Virus record (IMG/VR): IMGVR_UViG_3300027834_000001
DNA: 20,000 nt
Strand: one strand, 5' to 3'
From: an uncultured virus (IMG/VR IMGVR_UViG_3300027834_000001)
Lineage: Duplodnaviria; Heunggongvirae; Uroviricota; Caudoviricetes
Shown here: positions 7,569-15,029 of the stretch, piece after piece
Layout: the number at the start of each line of letters is the position of its first letter
Numbering within the stretch: position 1 is the stretch's first letter
The notes under the pieces: model-generated
What the model saw: only the letters and a program-made list of their open reading frames with translations
The model's database searches: none
What the model was told of the DNA's origin: nothing
Position numbers and translations under genes: made by a program

Positions 7569-7693
7569 CGGTCTGGGACGTCGCTTGGCCTTGGCTGGTG
7601 TGGTAGCCTACGGCAAGGTCAGGTGACTGTCTGGTGGGGCGCGTTTGGGCCACCTTACGCGTCCCGCCCCAAGGTTTAACCGCCGCTACCACA
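7568..7693 (+). ncRNA. GC-rich structured intergenic RNA with loop antisense to the AGGCTACC start motif
   Basis: 14-bp stem 7580-7593/7614-7627; loop TGTGGTAGCCT 7599-7609; complement GCTACCACA 7685-7693 next to the RBS; additional GGGACG/CGTCCC and GGTGG/CCACC pairings. Confidence 0.55.
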
Positions 7694-7705
7694 AAGGAAC
7701 TAAAG

Positions 7706-7954
7706 ATGGCACTAGACGCAGCAAAATTGATTGAGATCACCCAAAGAGGCGATGCTATTTCCAAGCGGAGCAAGATCGCTCTAATGGAATTTGACGTGGC
7801 AGTTGAGGCGAACGATACCGCCAAGCAGGAAGAGATCCGCGTTAAGATGCACCAGTTGATTGATGATCAACTGGATCTGCAATTGGAAGTGAAGCACATT
7901 AAAGATGCTCACACTAAAGAGATCTTGGAAAGGATGAAGAGAGACTTCAAGTAA
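7706..7954 (+). CDS. helical hypothetical protein (82 aa)
   Basis: start reassigned to ATG 7706 after AAAGGAAC. Confidence 0.75.
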   Translation: MALDAAKLIEITQRGDAISKRSKIALMEFDVAVEANDTAKQEEIRVKMHQLIDDQLDLQLEVKHIKDAHTKEILERMKRDFK

Positions 7955-7975
7955 CCCATAATCAAGGAGATATAG

Positions 7976-8497
7976 ATGGGCCACACACCAAACGCTAAGA
8001 AAGGCATGGCGATAATCGTCGGCCAGAACAAGGACATCCTTGAAGCGATTGCCGCTCAAAGCGATGTTGCAATGGCGAAGCAAGATCGGGACCGCGATGC
8101 TTCACTGGCAGCGATCAAGGAACGCCACGCCAATGAACTCAAGGCTGCGAAGCGCAATCACAAGCACCGCGCCAAGAAGATCAAGCGGCGTCTGAAAGAG
8201 TTCGAGGACATGGATCCGGTTGAACTGGCCGATCGTTTCAAGAATGGTGTGCCGGAAGGCACTGTGTCCGGAAATTTTATTGATTATCTGCACACTTACC
8301 AGTTGATTGGTGTAGATTTCAGTAACCTGGAGAATCGCATTCTGGCCAGCACGATGATCCCGACTTCGCAGATGATTATGCGTGGTCGTCAGGAAGGCAA
8401 GATGGCTGATTTCATGCGGCGGTATGGTGCCAGTGATGAGAACAAGCCGATGCGTCATCAATGGCCTACTGCGTTCGATATCGAAACAGCGTCGTAA
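7976..8497 (+). CDS. hypothetical protein (173 aa): coiled-coil N-terminus, PolA motif A/B-like C-terminus
   Basis: RBS AAGGAGATATAG; LIGVDFSNLENRILAS and RQEGKMADFMRRYGAS. Confidence 0.7.
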   Translation: MGHTPNAKKGMAIIVGQNKDILEAIAAQSDVAMAKQDRDRDASLAAIKERHANELKAAKRNHKHRAKKIKRRLKEFEDMDPVELADRFKNGVPEGTVSGNFIDYLHTYQLIGVDFSNLENRILASTMIPTSQMIMRGRQEGKMADFMRRYGASDENKPMRHQWPTAFDIETAS

Positions 8498-8504
8498 GAC
8501 AACG

Positions 8505-8536
8505 AGCGTAGCGGATGGTCCGCTGCGCTTTCCTTT
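8505..8536 (+). terminator. putative intrinsic terminator
   Basis: AGCGTAGCGGA-TGG-TCCGCTGCGCT followed by TTCCTTT. Confidence 0.5.
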
Positions 8537-8558
8537 GGGTAATAACGGAGATAACGAA

Positions 8559-8963
8559 ATGGAAAAAGTAATCGCAATGTTCGCTATGCTTATCGTCTTG
8601 TCGATGGGCGTGGCTGGTATCGGAGGCGTCTGGTATGGATATAAGACTGTCCAAGTCTGGGGTGCTGAAATGTCGGGCAAGGCAGTCCTTGCTGAGGCAG
8701 AGTTCTCGCGGCAAGTACGGGTCCAGGAAGCCCAAGCGAAGCTGGATGCCAGCAATCTGGAAGGTCAGGCCGAACTGACACGGGCAGAGTTTGCTTCTAA
8801 GGCGAACGCTGAACTGGCCGAGGGTCTCGGTGGTCCGGAAGGCTATCTGCGATACCTCTATATCCGGATGCTGGAAGAACAAGGCAACGCCGGACAAGTG
8901 ATCTATATCCCTACCGAAGCTGGTATGCCGATCCTGGAAGCGAACCGCTTGCCTCCAGCCTAA
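8559..8963 (+). CDS. membrane-anchored protein resembling SPFH/band-7 C-terminal coiled coil
   Basis: N-terminal TM; GKAVLAEAEFSRQVRVQEAQAK...YLRYLYI...QVIYIPTEAGMPILEA motif common in phages; GGAG RBS. Confidence 0.75.
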   Translation: MEKVIAMFAMLIVLSMGVAGIGGVWYGYKTVQVWGAEMSGKAVLAEAEFSRQVRVQEAQAKLDASNLEGQAELTRAEFASKANAELAEGLGGPEGYLRYLYIRMLEEQGNAGQVIYIPTEAGMPILEANRLPPA

Positions 8964-8968
8964 GTTGT

Positions 8969-9017
8969 CGGGGCAGGATAAATAGAGTTTGTCTTGCCCC
9001 GCCTGCTATGGTATACT
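8969..9017 (+). promoter_or_regulatory. repeat promoter copy 7 embedded in a 14-bp inverted repeat
   Basis: CGGGGCAGGATAAA-TAGAG-TTTGTCTTGCCCCG; -35 TTGTCT 8989-8994, 17 nt, -10 TATACT 9012-9017. Confidence 0.8.
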
Positions 9018-9035
9018 CAGAGTAAGGAGGCTACC

Positions 9036-9896
9036 ATGAGACTTTATAATTTTGACAATGCTGCTTCAAAAGACATCTATAATTCCATAAAAGAAATTGA
9101 TCCAGAAGTCATCTTCCATAGATACTGTTCAGTTAAGACAGATCACCATGAACCTATTTCATTCAGAGTAAGCGGAGGCTCTCACGGAGATTTATTCTTT
9201 GTTGATTACACCATTGAAGGCAGTAATTTCTGTAGTCAGATGAGAGACAGAGATGGTAGATATTTCCCTAAGATTATGTTCGGTCCAGGCTTGAAGTCTC
9301 AAGAGTTGATACGTGAAACTCTCTATCCAATGAAATATGATCCTCCTCCAAGAAAACACTGGCATAAGCACCAATTTCTCGCTCTTGGGTTCGATGCTGA
9401 CTACATAGATCCTAAGATGCGCATTGCCATAGAAGGTAAAGTTCCTATCGATATGAAGAAGGAATTTGGTCCTTATCTATTTGTCTTGAAACATTTCGCT
9501 TATTACTATATGTACTGCTATTGTCTGATCCACGGGAGAGAACAGCTTGAAGGTGGAGACTACTCCGATCCCATGAGACACGTGAACACAATGCCCAAGG
9601 GAGACGAGGACAAGACCGTCATTGTGTACGTCAACAAAGAGAAGTTGGAGAGTCTGCGGGAAGATCACAGCGGGAGACGTCATAGAGAACATGGCGTCAG
9701 GGGACACTGGTGCTATTCTAAGCGAGGTGGAGATGAAGTCTGTGACCATACCTTCTTGGAAGTTGGAAGAGCCAACAAGAGACAACGGTGTTCCAAGTGT
9801 AATAAGCTGCGCTGGTGGAGAGGCACACATAAGAGAGGTGATGCAGATCTTGGTGTGATAACACAATCTGGATACAAAGTGACGATAGATAAATAG
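9036..9896 (+). CDS. hypothetical protein with C-terminal HxVRGHW / CxxC / HxRGD motif
   Basis: RRHREHGVRGHW...CSKC..WWRGTHKRGD; start reassigned after AAGGAGGCTACC; AT-richer than flanks. Confidence 0.75.
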   Translation: MRLYNFDNAASKDIYNSIKEIDPEVIFHRYCSVKTDHHEPISFRVSGGSHGDLFFVDYTIEGSNFCSQMRDRDGRYFPKIMFGPGLKSQELIRETLYPMKYDPPPRKHWHKHQFLALGFDADYIDPKMRIAIEGKVPIDMKKEFGPYLFVLKHFAYYYMYCYCLIHGREQLEGGDYSDPMRHVNTMPKGDEDKTVIVYVNKEKLESLREDHSGRRHREHGVRGHWCYSKRGGDEVCDHTFLEVGRANKRQRCSKCNKLRWWRGTHKRGDADLGVITQSGYKVTIDK

Positions 9897-9928
9897 AACT
9901 GGTCACGGAATACTACCCGTGCTATTAT
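9888..9928 (+). promoter_or_regulatory. repeat promoter copy 8
   Basis: GATAAATAGAACTGGTCA; -35 TGGTCA 9900-9905, 17 nt, -10 TATTAT 9923-9928. Confidence 0.8.
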
Positions 9929-9960
9929 CAGAATACAAGCAAACTTAGGAAGGCTACCAA

Positions 9961-10221
9961 ATGACGCATGACATCTCAGAAGTAAAATTGTGGATCCGTG
10001 AAAACGGCACACAGTCTCCTCGCCGCTTGCTGAACACGATTACTAACACGTCGAAGTTCAAGACGATGCCGTGGTTCAGCAAGTTGAACAACTGTACCGA
10101 CGCTCATCTCATCAAGGCTGCGAAAGAACAGCGTGATGGATGGAAGTTCAATGGTCCATGGCCTAACGCTGTGTTTGAGATTGAAGCGTTTGGACGCATT
10201 GGTGAGGAAATCGCGATATGA
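9961..10221 (+). CDS. hypothetical protein (86 aa)
   Basis: RBS AGGAAGGCTACC. Confidence 0.7.
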   Translation: MTHDISEVKLWIRENGTQSPRRLLNTITNTSKFKTMPWFSKLNNCTDAHLIKAAKEQRDGWKFNGPWPNAVFEIEAFGRIGEEIAI

Positions 10222-10382
10222 GAAGCGCTGAAGATTGCCGCCGAAAAGCAAATCAGCATTGGGAGATGGCTGGTCTGGCACGTCAGGATGGAGACACTGC
10301 TGACGCCGACCGCCACACCAGAGACGCCCGTCTGTGGGACCAACGTGCAGCAGATGGAGGACACCCATGCGAGGAGTCTTGA
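10218..10382 (+). CDS. small hypothetical protein (54 aa, MRSAEDCRRKANQHWEMAGLARQDGD...)
   Basis: read manually; ATGA overlap and GAGG RBS. Confidence 0.6.
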   Translation: MRSAEDCRRKANQHWEMAGLARQDGDTADADRHTRDARLWDQRAADGGHPCEES

Positions 10383-10744
10383 TCAATCCGTATATTAAGA
10401 CCATTGAAGAGTGTATCGTCAAGAAGAACGATATCAACTCGGTATATCGTGCGATGACATGGCTCGGCCATAAGGTCGAGATCGTACAGGTCGGCCTCGT
10501 TCTCCCACAGGGTGATAACCTGCTGGTCGATGAAGAAGCTGCTCTCAAGCCTGGACGCCCAGTCTGGAAGCTGAATGGTGTCGCCTTCGTTGGGTGTGGT
10601 CTCTTCCTTGGGTCCGATAATGATGGAGCGACATGGTGCTCTGCGAAGATCCCACTGGTGGATGTTCAGGTCTATACGTCGTGGACAACGATTGTCTCAA
10701 CTGGTAAGGTGGATACTGACCGCCTGCCCCATGAAGTGGAGTGA
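10367..10744 (+). CDS. DUF3846-like protein
   Basis: GVLINP...LLVDEEA...FVGCGLFLGSDNDG pattern; GGAGG RBS before ATG 10367. Confidence 0.65.
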   Translation: MRGVLINPYIKTIEECIVKKNDINSVYRAMTWLGHKVEIVQVGLVLPQGDNLLVDEEAALKPGRPVWKLNGVAFVGCGLFLGSDNDGATWCSAKIPLVDVQVYTSWTTIVSTGKVDTDRLPHEVE

Positions 10745-10926
10745 CTGAAATGTGGAAGCTTAAATTCGCACTGATTATATTAGCAATCGCTTGCTCCTGT
10801 GTCATTGGGCCGTATCTACTATGGACCGATTGGCAGAAGGGTAATTGGTTCCTTATGTTTGCCGATGCAGTAATTATCTGGATGTGTGCCGACTATCTGT
10901 GGCGTCGCTTCAAGGAGCAATCCTGA
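10741..10926 (+). CDS. small two-TM membrane protein
   Basis: two hydrophobic stretches; GTGA overlap. Confidence 0.6.
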   Translation: MTEMWKLKFALIILAIACSCVIGPYLLWTDWQKGNWFLMFADAVIIWMCADYLWRRFKEQS

Positions 10927-11144
10927 TGGGACTGTATGATGGACACGCTTGGGCCGAACTTGCTAAGGAAGCTGGCTTTGATCCAGAAAATACTGAAACC
11001 GCTGCGAGATCAGCGTTCAGGTTTTGTGCAGACAGGCTCGCTGAGAAAACCCAAGAGGCTGAAAAGCTGCGTCGGGAACGCGAGGATCTTCGTATGTTCT
11101 GCAAAGGCATGGCGAACAACATAAAAAGGATGCTGAACACATGA
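10926..11144 (+). CDS. hypothetical protein (72 aa)
   Basis: AAGGAG RBS, TGATG overlap; start reassigned. Confidence 0.65.
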   Translation: MGLYDGHAWAELAKEAGFDPENTETAARSAFRFCADRLAEKTQEAEKLRREREDLRMFCKGMANNIKRMLNT

Positions 11145-11320
11145 TTACTGCAATCTCAATCCTTATGTGGATAATGTCTGCATTCTTCTTCGGTGTGTTT
11201 GCACGGCATGATCCTGAAACACCGAACGACAAGTCAGGTTTCATCCTTTGGGCTGTGGTCACGCTTATCTGCGCGTTTGTGGCTGCATCACTTCAAATAT
11301 ATGGAATGTGGTCATGGTAG
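11141..11320 (+). CDS. small two-TM membrane protein (59 aa)
   Basis: read manually: MITAISILMWIMSAFFFGVF...GFILWAVVTLICAFVAASLQIYGMWSW; AAGGA RBS, ATGA overlap. Confidence 0.6.
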   Translation: MITAISILMWIMSAFFFGVFARHDPETPNDKSGFILWAVVTLICAFVAASLQIYGMWSW

Positions 11321-11862
11321 ACACAACCTGCAAACAAAGTCCTACGGGACGTCATGCTCCACTCGTATTGGGAGGAGAATGTCAGCACTGCCACGCTGTT
11401 CTTGATAGTAGAGGAGCGGCACCGAATTACATGTTCGATAAGGTGAAGATGGTGCATCAACCCACTGGTCTCAGCGTTGATTTAATATCTGGCAGCGATG
11501 CAAGCCTGCGTATTGCCCACCTTACCCTAATGCAACTTGTCAAGGAGGCCTCAGAAGGCTCTGCGGACGCGCTGGATGGCGCTGGCTTGGCAGGGGTGCA
11601 GCGGCTACGTCCGCAGAACTCCTATGAACGTGCCAGAAAGGCAGTTGTTGCCCTATATGAAGAACAATCTGTCGGCGGTATCCTGCATATCGTTACAGAT
11701 GATCTAAACACAGAAGATCATCATCTCAAATACTGTGGGCAATATTACGATGAACCACACCCTTCGTGGGGAAGATCAATGACTGACGTAGAGAAAGAAT
11801 GTTACAACGCACTTCTGGCTCTAAGTGAAGAAGAACGAGAATCAGCAATTCTAGGAGTATGA
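11314..11862 (+). CDS. hypothetical protein
   Basis: N-terminal Cys/His cluster; C-terminal GGILHIVTDDLNTEDHH motif; start reassigned to 11314. Confidence 0.6.
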   Translation: MVDTTCKQSPTGRHAPLVLGGECQHCHAVLDSRGAAPNYMFDKVKMVHQPTGLSVDLISGSDASLRIAHLTLMQLVKEASEGSADALDGAGLAGVQRLRPQNSYERARKAVVALYEEQSVGGILHIVTDDLNTEDHHLKYCGQYYDEPHPSWGRSMTDVEKECYNALLALSEEERESAILGV

Positions 11863-11863
11863 C

Positions 11864-12133
11864 ATGTCAGATACTATACGTAGAAGCAGGTTGGATAGCA
11901 AGAAGCTACGAGCCAACGACAATACGACCATGATTGGTCGAATATACATGCACTTCAAGAACCAGAGGTTGTATCGTGTTGACGATATCATCTGGAATGG
12001 AGATACAGACGAATGGTCGATCCTCCATTCTCGTCAAGGTACGGATACACGCTTTGTTCGCTCGCTTTCCAACTTCAATGGCTGCTTCGATGACACTGAG
12101 CAACGCCGCTTCATCTTGATAAAGGAAGACTGA
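11864..12133 (+). CDS. DUF1653-like protein (second copy)
   Basis: IYMHFKNQRLYRV...RFVRSLSNF...RRF; AGGAG RBS. Confidence 0.7.
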   Translation: MSDTIRRSRLDSKKLRANDNTTMIGRIYMHFKNQRLYRVDDIIWNGDTDEWSILHSRQGTDTRFVRSLSNFNGCFDDTEQRRFILIKED

Positions 12134-12134
12134 T

Positions 12135-12377
12135 ATGTGTGAATTCTGTGATGTAAACAAACAAGTCGAGAAACTGCACAGTGAACTGAGCTTCCGGTTC
12201 GCTCAGTTTCAAGTGGAACTGGATGCAGAACGCGAGGACGAGGCCGCTAAATGCCAAGACCGAGCCGCCACAATCCAGAAGGAGATCTTCACACTTCTTC
12301 GTCGACGAGCATCCCTCGATATAATGCACGAGGAAGAAGGCGGTCTGAAAAACATGTTCTCGAAGATGGTGAACTAA
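12135..12377 (+). CDS. helical hypothetical protein (80 aa)
   Basis: AAGGAAG RBS; tightly packed. Confidence 0.65.
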   Translation: MCEFCDVNKQVEKLHSELSFRFAQFQVELDAEREDEAAKCQDRAATIQKEIFTLLRRRASLDIMHEEEGGLKNMFSKMVN

Positions 12378-12604
12378 TGAAACTCGGTCATCGTGCAGCT
12401 TTCTACGTCTGGTTTAACGAAGCTAAACGCTTCCTCACATATGACATATTCAAGGATGAGTTCGGCTCCTCATCCAGCCCTCATGCCGCTACCCTATTCA
12501 CTTCCAGAGCAACGGCAGAAAGGATCGTGGATAGGATCCGGCCATCCCACTCCTATACGATCATACAGACAAGAACTCATGAACCGAACGTCATTGTAGG
12601 TTAG
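12377..12604 (+). CDS. hypothetical protein (75 aa)
   Basis: TAATG overlap; start reassigned. Confidence 0.6.
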   Translation: MKLGHRAAFYVWFNEAKRFLTYDIFKDEFGSSSSPHAATLFTSRATAERIVDRIRPSHSYTIIQTRTHEPNVIVG

Positions 12605-12617
12605 AGTGGATAAGTCG

Positions 12618-13253
12618 TCATGACATGCTCCTCGGACGATCACCCCGTGCTTTCGGAATTGTTTTGCTGCTCTCATTTGTCATCTCATATTTAGCCCAAA
12701 GGGCCATCCAATCAACACGCTCGTTAAGTTCGAATATGCTGCTGTTTGTAGTCTCATCAGCGTACAAACTCATCATATCTTGCCGCGAGCACGCAGCTAG
12801 GTCCTCAAAAATGTCGGCAGTCATTTCGCGATGCTGGTCGTTCTCATGTTTGTGGATATCCTTCCACTCGTTCTCGAGCCTCCAGATCCACATGCTGAGC
12901 ATCCACTCCAGGCCGTACTCCACGTCTTTCTGATCATTCCAGATATAAATCATGGTCGCCTTATGGTTGTCTTTGGTTACGCCTTTCAGGTGCCTTGGAT
13001 CATAGGTAGAAGCCTGCAGAATGGTCCGTCCCATTTGTCGTTTGGTGACTTCTGGATATTTCTCAAATAACCACTCATGCAGTTCGCCGATTGGGACATG
13101 GTTTATAAAGTCTGTCCGGCACCAGTGGTAGAGTATCACTTGGGCTTTCATGTTCCTGTGGTCATACAGTTGGTATGTCGATCCAGGATTGTCGATATGT
13201 GTACGATAATCTCCGAGCGGTCTTAAAGGAAGGAAGCGGTTATGTCGGTGCAT
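12618..13253 (-). CDS. hypothetical protein (211 aa), convergent with the early array
   Basis: long ORF with AAGAGG RBS on the minus strand. Confidence 0.75.
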   Translation of the reverse strand: MHRHNRFLPLRPLGDYRTHIDNPGSTYQLYDHRNMKAQVILYHWCRTDFINHVPIGELHEWLFEKYPEVTKRQMGRTILQASTYDPRHLKGVTKDNHKATMIYIWNDQKDVEYGLEWMLSMWIWRLENEWKDIHKHENDQHREMTADIFEDLAACSRQDMMSLYADETTNSSIFELNERVDWMALWAKYEMTNESSKTIPKARGDRPRSMS

Positions 13254-13543
13254 GGTGAGTACCTCTTAGTATATAAAGTGACATGATATATTATGCGTAA
13301 GACGTTGTAAAGGCTTAGTTTTCTCTTTGAGCACAATACATTGGTACTTCTTTTTTTGGCTTACGCAGGTTGCAGGGTAAATGCCCAAGGGAGGTCAGGT
13401 AGCTGGCTGGAAGGTAGTAGAGTAGTGAAGTATACCTCTATTTAGTATTTAATAAAAATAGAATTAGTAATAGAAACAACGGTTTAGCTGGCTGAGGGTT
13501 GACTCTACTGAAATACTACAGACAGATCTGGAAATAATGAGGC

Positions 13544-13572
13544 TTGCTTTCTTTGGGCTTGACGACTACTGT
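13544..13572 (+). promoter_or_regulatory. putative promoter of terminase small subunit
   Basis: TTGCTT-17 nt-TACTGT. Confidence 0.4.
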
Positions 13573-13574
13573 TA

Positions 13575-14252
13575 ATGGAGGGATCTTCTTATTCTTCCTT
13601 CGCACGCACACTGATGAGAGAGATGACAATGACTGACGAAACAGATTATGCTCAGCAATACGACGAGAACTTCTCGCAGCGAGAACGACCCCGCTCCCTT
13701 ATCAGTCGCGGATCGAAAGTCCAAAAAGTGGATATATTTGATGACGTCACTGGAGAATGGCGGACAGAGATAAGAATGTCTCGTATAAAGTTCGACGACA
13801 AGGCCAAGGAAGTGTTCTTGTTGGAGTTTGCGAAATGGGGACGGATGGGTGAGGCAGCAGCCGCAGCAGGAGTATCTCCGCAGACTGTCAGACATCACAT
13901 GGAAGAAGACGAAGAGTTCGCAGAAGCCATGCTCATGCAAGAGCAGGAGTATCAAGAGAAGCTTATCGGTCACCATCAAAACCTGTTGTTCAATGGGACG
14001 ACAAAGAAGAGTTATGACCGCAACGGCAACCTCGTCTCCGAAGAAACAATCTATCCTATCCGCCTCATCGAGTTGGAACTGAAGAAGCACGACGAGGGAT
14101 ACCGAGATAAACAAGAGGTGAAAGTCAATCACACTGGCGGCGTAATGGTTGCACCAGCCGAGACCAAGGATGTGGACGATTGGGAGAAGCGTTTCGGAGC
14201 GGCGAAGGATGTCACTCCTGGGCCTCTCCCGATTGAAGACAAGGAAGACTGA
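13575..14252 (+). CDS. terS: probable terminase small subunit
   Basis: HTH-like FLLEFAKWGRMGEAAAAAGVSPQTVRHH followed by EDEEFAEAM helix and YRDKQEVKVNHTGG tail typical of TerS; upstream of TerL; true start likely a later ATG (13614-13629). Confidence 0.7.
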   Translation: MEGSSYSSFARTLMREMTMTDETDYAQQYDENFSQRERPRSLISRGSKVQKVDIFDDVTGEWRTEIRMSRIKFDDKAKEVFLLEFAKWGRMGEAAAAAGVSPQTVRHHMEEDEEFAEAMLMQEQEYQEKLIGHHQNLLFNGTTKKSYDRNGNLVSEETIYPIRLIELELKKHDEGYRDKQEVKVNHTGGVMVAPAETKDVDDWEKRFGAAKDVTPGPLPIEDKED

Positions 14253-14458
14253 AAAATCGCCGACAAGGATTATCAGACGAGGTCTCCAGGAGCGACTCCA
14301 TCTGCAGAATTCGCCGACACGATCTGTCGGATTGAAGATCTGTAGGATTCTCTGTCCTCATCTACATCGTCTTCCTCTTCTTCCGTATGATCTGTAGATC
14401 TCAGAGATCGTGGAAATAACCCGAGATGGAGATATCCTGGAAATAAATGTCCTTTGCA

Positions 14459-14499
14459 GATAAATAGAGTTTGTCACACTCCGAGCCACATGCTATTCT
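14459..14499 (+). promoter_or_regulatory. repeat promoter copy 9
   Basis: GATAAATAGAGTTTGTCA; -35 TTGTCA 14471-14476, 17 nt, -10 TATTCT 14494-14499. Confidence 0.8.
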
Positions 14500-14540
14500 G
14501 AGCGTACCTTAAACAAACACCCACGCGAAAGGCTACCACC

Positions 14541-14636
14541 ATGACACGCGCACAATTGAACGAACTCGTCGCTGATTATCTCGCACGTGGAGGCAAGATT
14601 ACTGTTTGCCCGACCACCGACAGGAGGATCAGCTGA
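14541..14636 (+). CDS. SutA RNAP-binding-domain-like micropeptide (31 aa)
   Basis: read manually: MTRAQLNELVADYLARGGKITVCPTTDRRIS; AAGGCTACC start motif; first ORF after promoter copy 9. Confidence 0.65.
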   Translation: MTRAQLNELVADYLARGGKITVCPTTDRRIS

Positions 14637-14881
14637 TGGAATTCATTGATGGGTGTTTCAACTTCTGCACGTATGATGCAGACCTTAATGAAGTTATCTG
14701 GTGGGACTTGCAGAAGCACCCGACAGTGAAACCTGAATACCAAGTTCTTCGGCAGTTCGGCACAACGACAGTTGAGGACTACGACGGAAACGTTCTTAAA
14801 TTGAAAGGCGAAGAGCCATACAAAGCGGTGATCCTGTTCGCCACGATGCTCGGCCTCAAGGAAGCGGCGAGAGAGGAGTAA
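14636..14881 (+). CDS. hypothetical protein (81 aa)
   Basis: AGGAGG RBS, TGATG overlap; start reassigned. Confidence 0.7.
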   Translation: MEFIDGCFNFCTYDADLNEVIWWDLQKHPTVKPEYQVLRQFGTTTVEDYDGNVLKLKGEEPYKAVILFATMLGLKEAAREE

Positions 14882-15029
14882 TCCTCTCAGCCTACTGGTG
14901 ATCTTCGCTTCCTCTTGGGCTCCCACCTCGTTTTTCGCCGATACCGATAATCCCCGACGGATTTTCGCCGACATTGTTAATCCGAAGGACGAAGAAGAAG
15001 ACGATCTCCATCTCCAGGAAAGAAGAGGA

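Larger units (their letters stand above)
14257..15005. repeat. dispersed TCGCCGAYA repeats and 15-bp inverted repeat flanking a promoter cassette
   Basis: TCGCCGAYA at 14257, 14311, 14935, 14965; ATCGTCTTCCTCTTC 14366-14380 vs GAAGAAGAAGACGAT 14991-15005 (14/15 reverse complement). Confidence 0.55.

Noticed and set aside
7634..7705. N-terminal extension of the 7706 ORF, and the ORF 7429-7626
   Set aside because: No RBS; the region is better explained as structured RNA, and a clear RBS precedes ATG 7706.
10741..11320. Holin or lysis cassette from the small TM proteins
   Set aside because: No endolysin or spanin nearby, and the context is an early accessory array.
7706..12377. Paralogy between helical proteins 7706-7954 and 12135-12377
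   Set aside because: The resemblance is limited to heptad-like composition and cannot be supported by eye.
306..14499. CRISPR array or integron attC cassettes from the dispersed repeats
   Set aside because: Spacing is irregular and gene-sized, the repeats coincide with -35/-10 boxes, and no cas or integrase gene is in the window.
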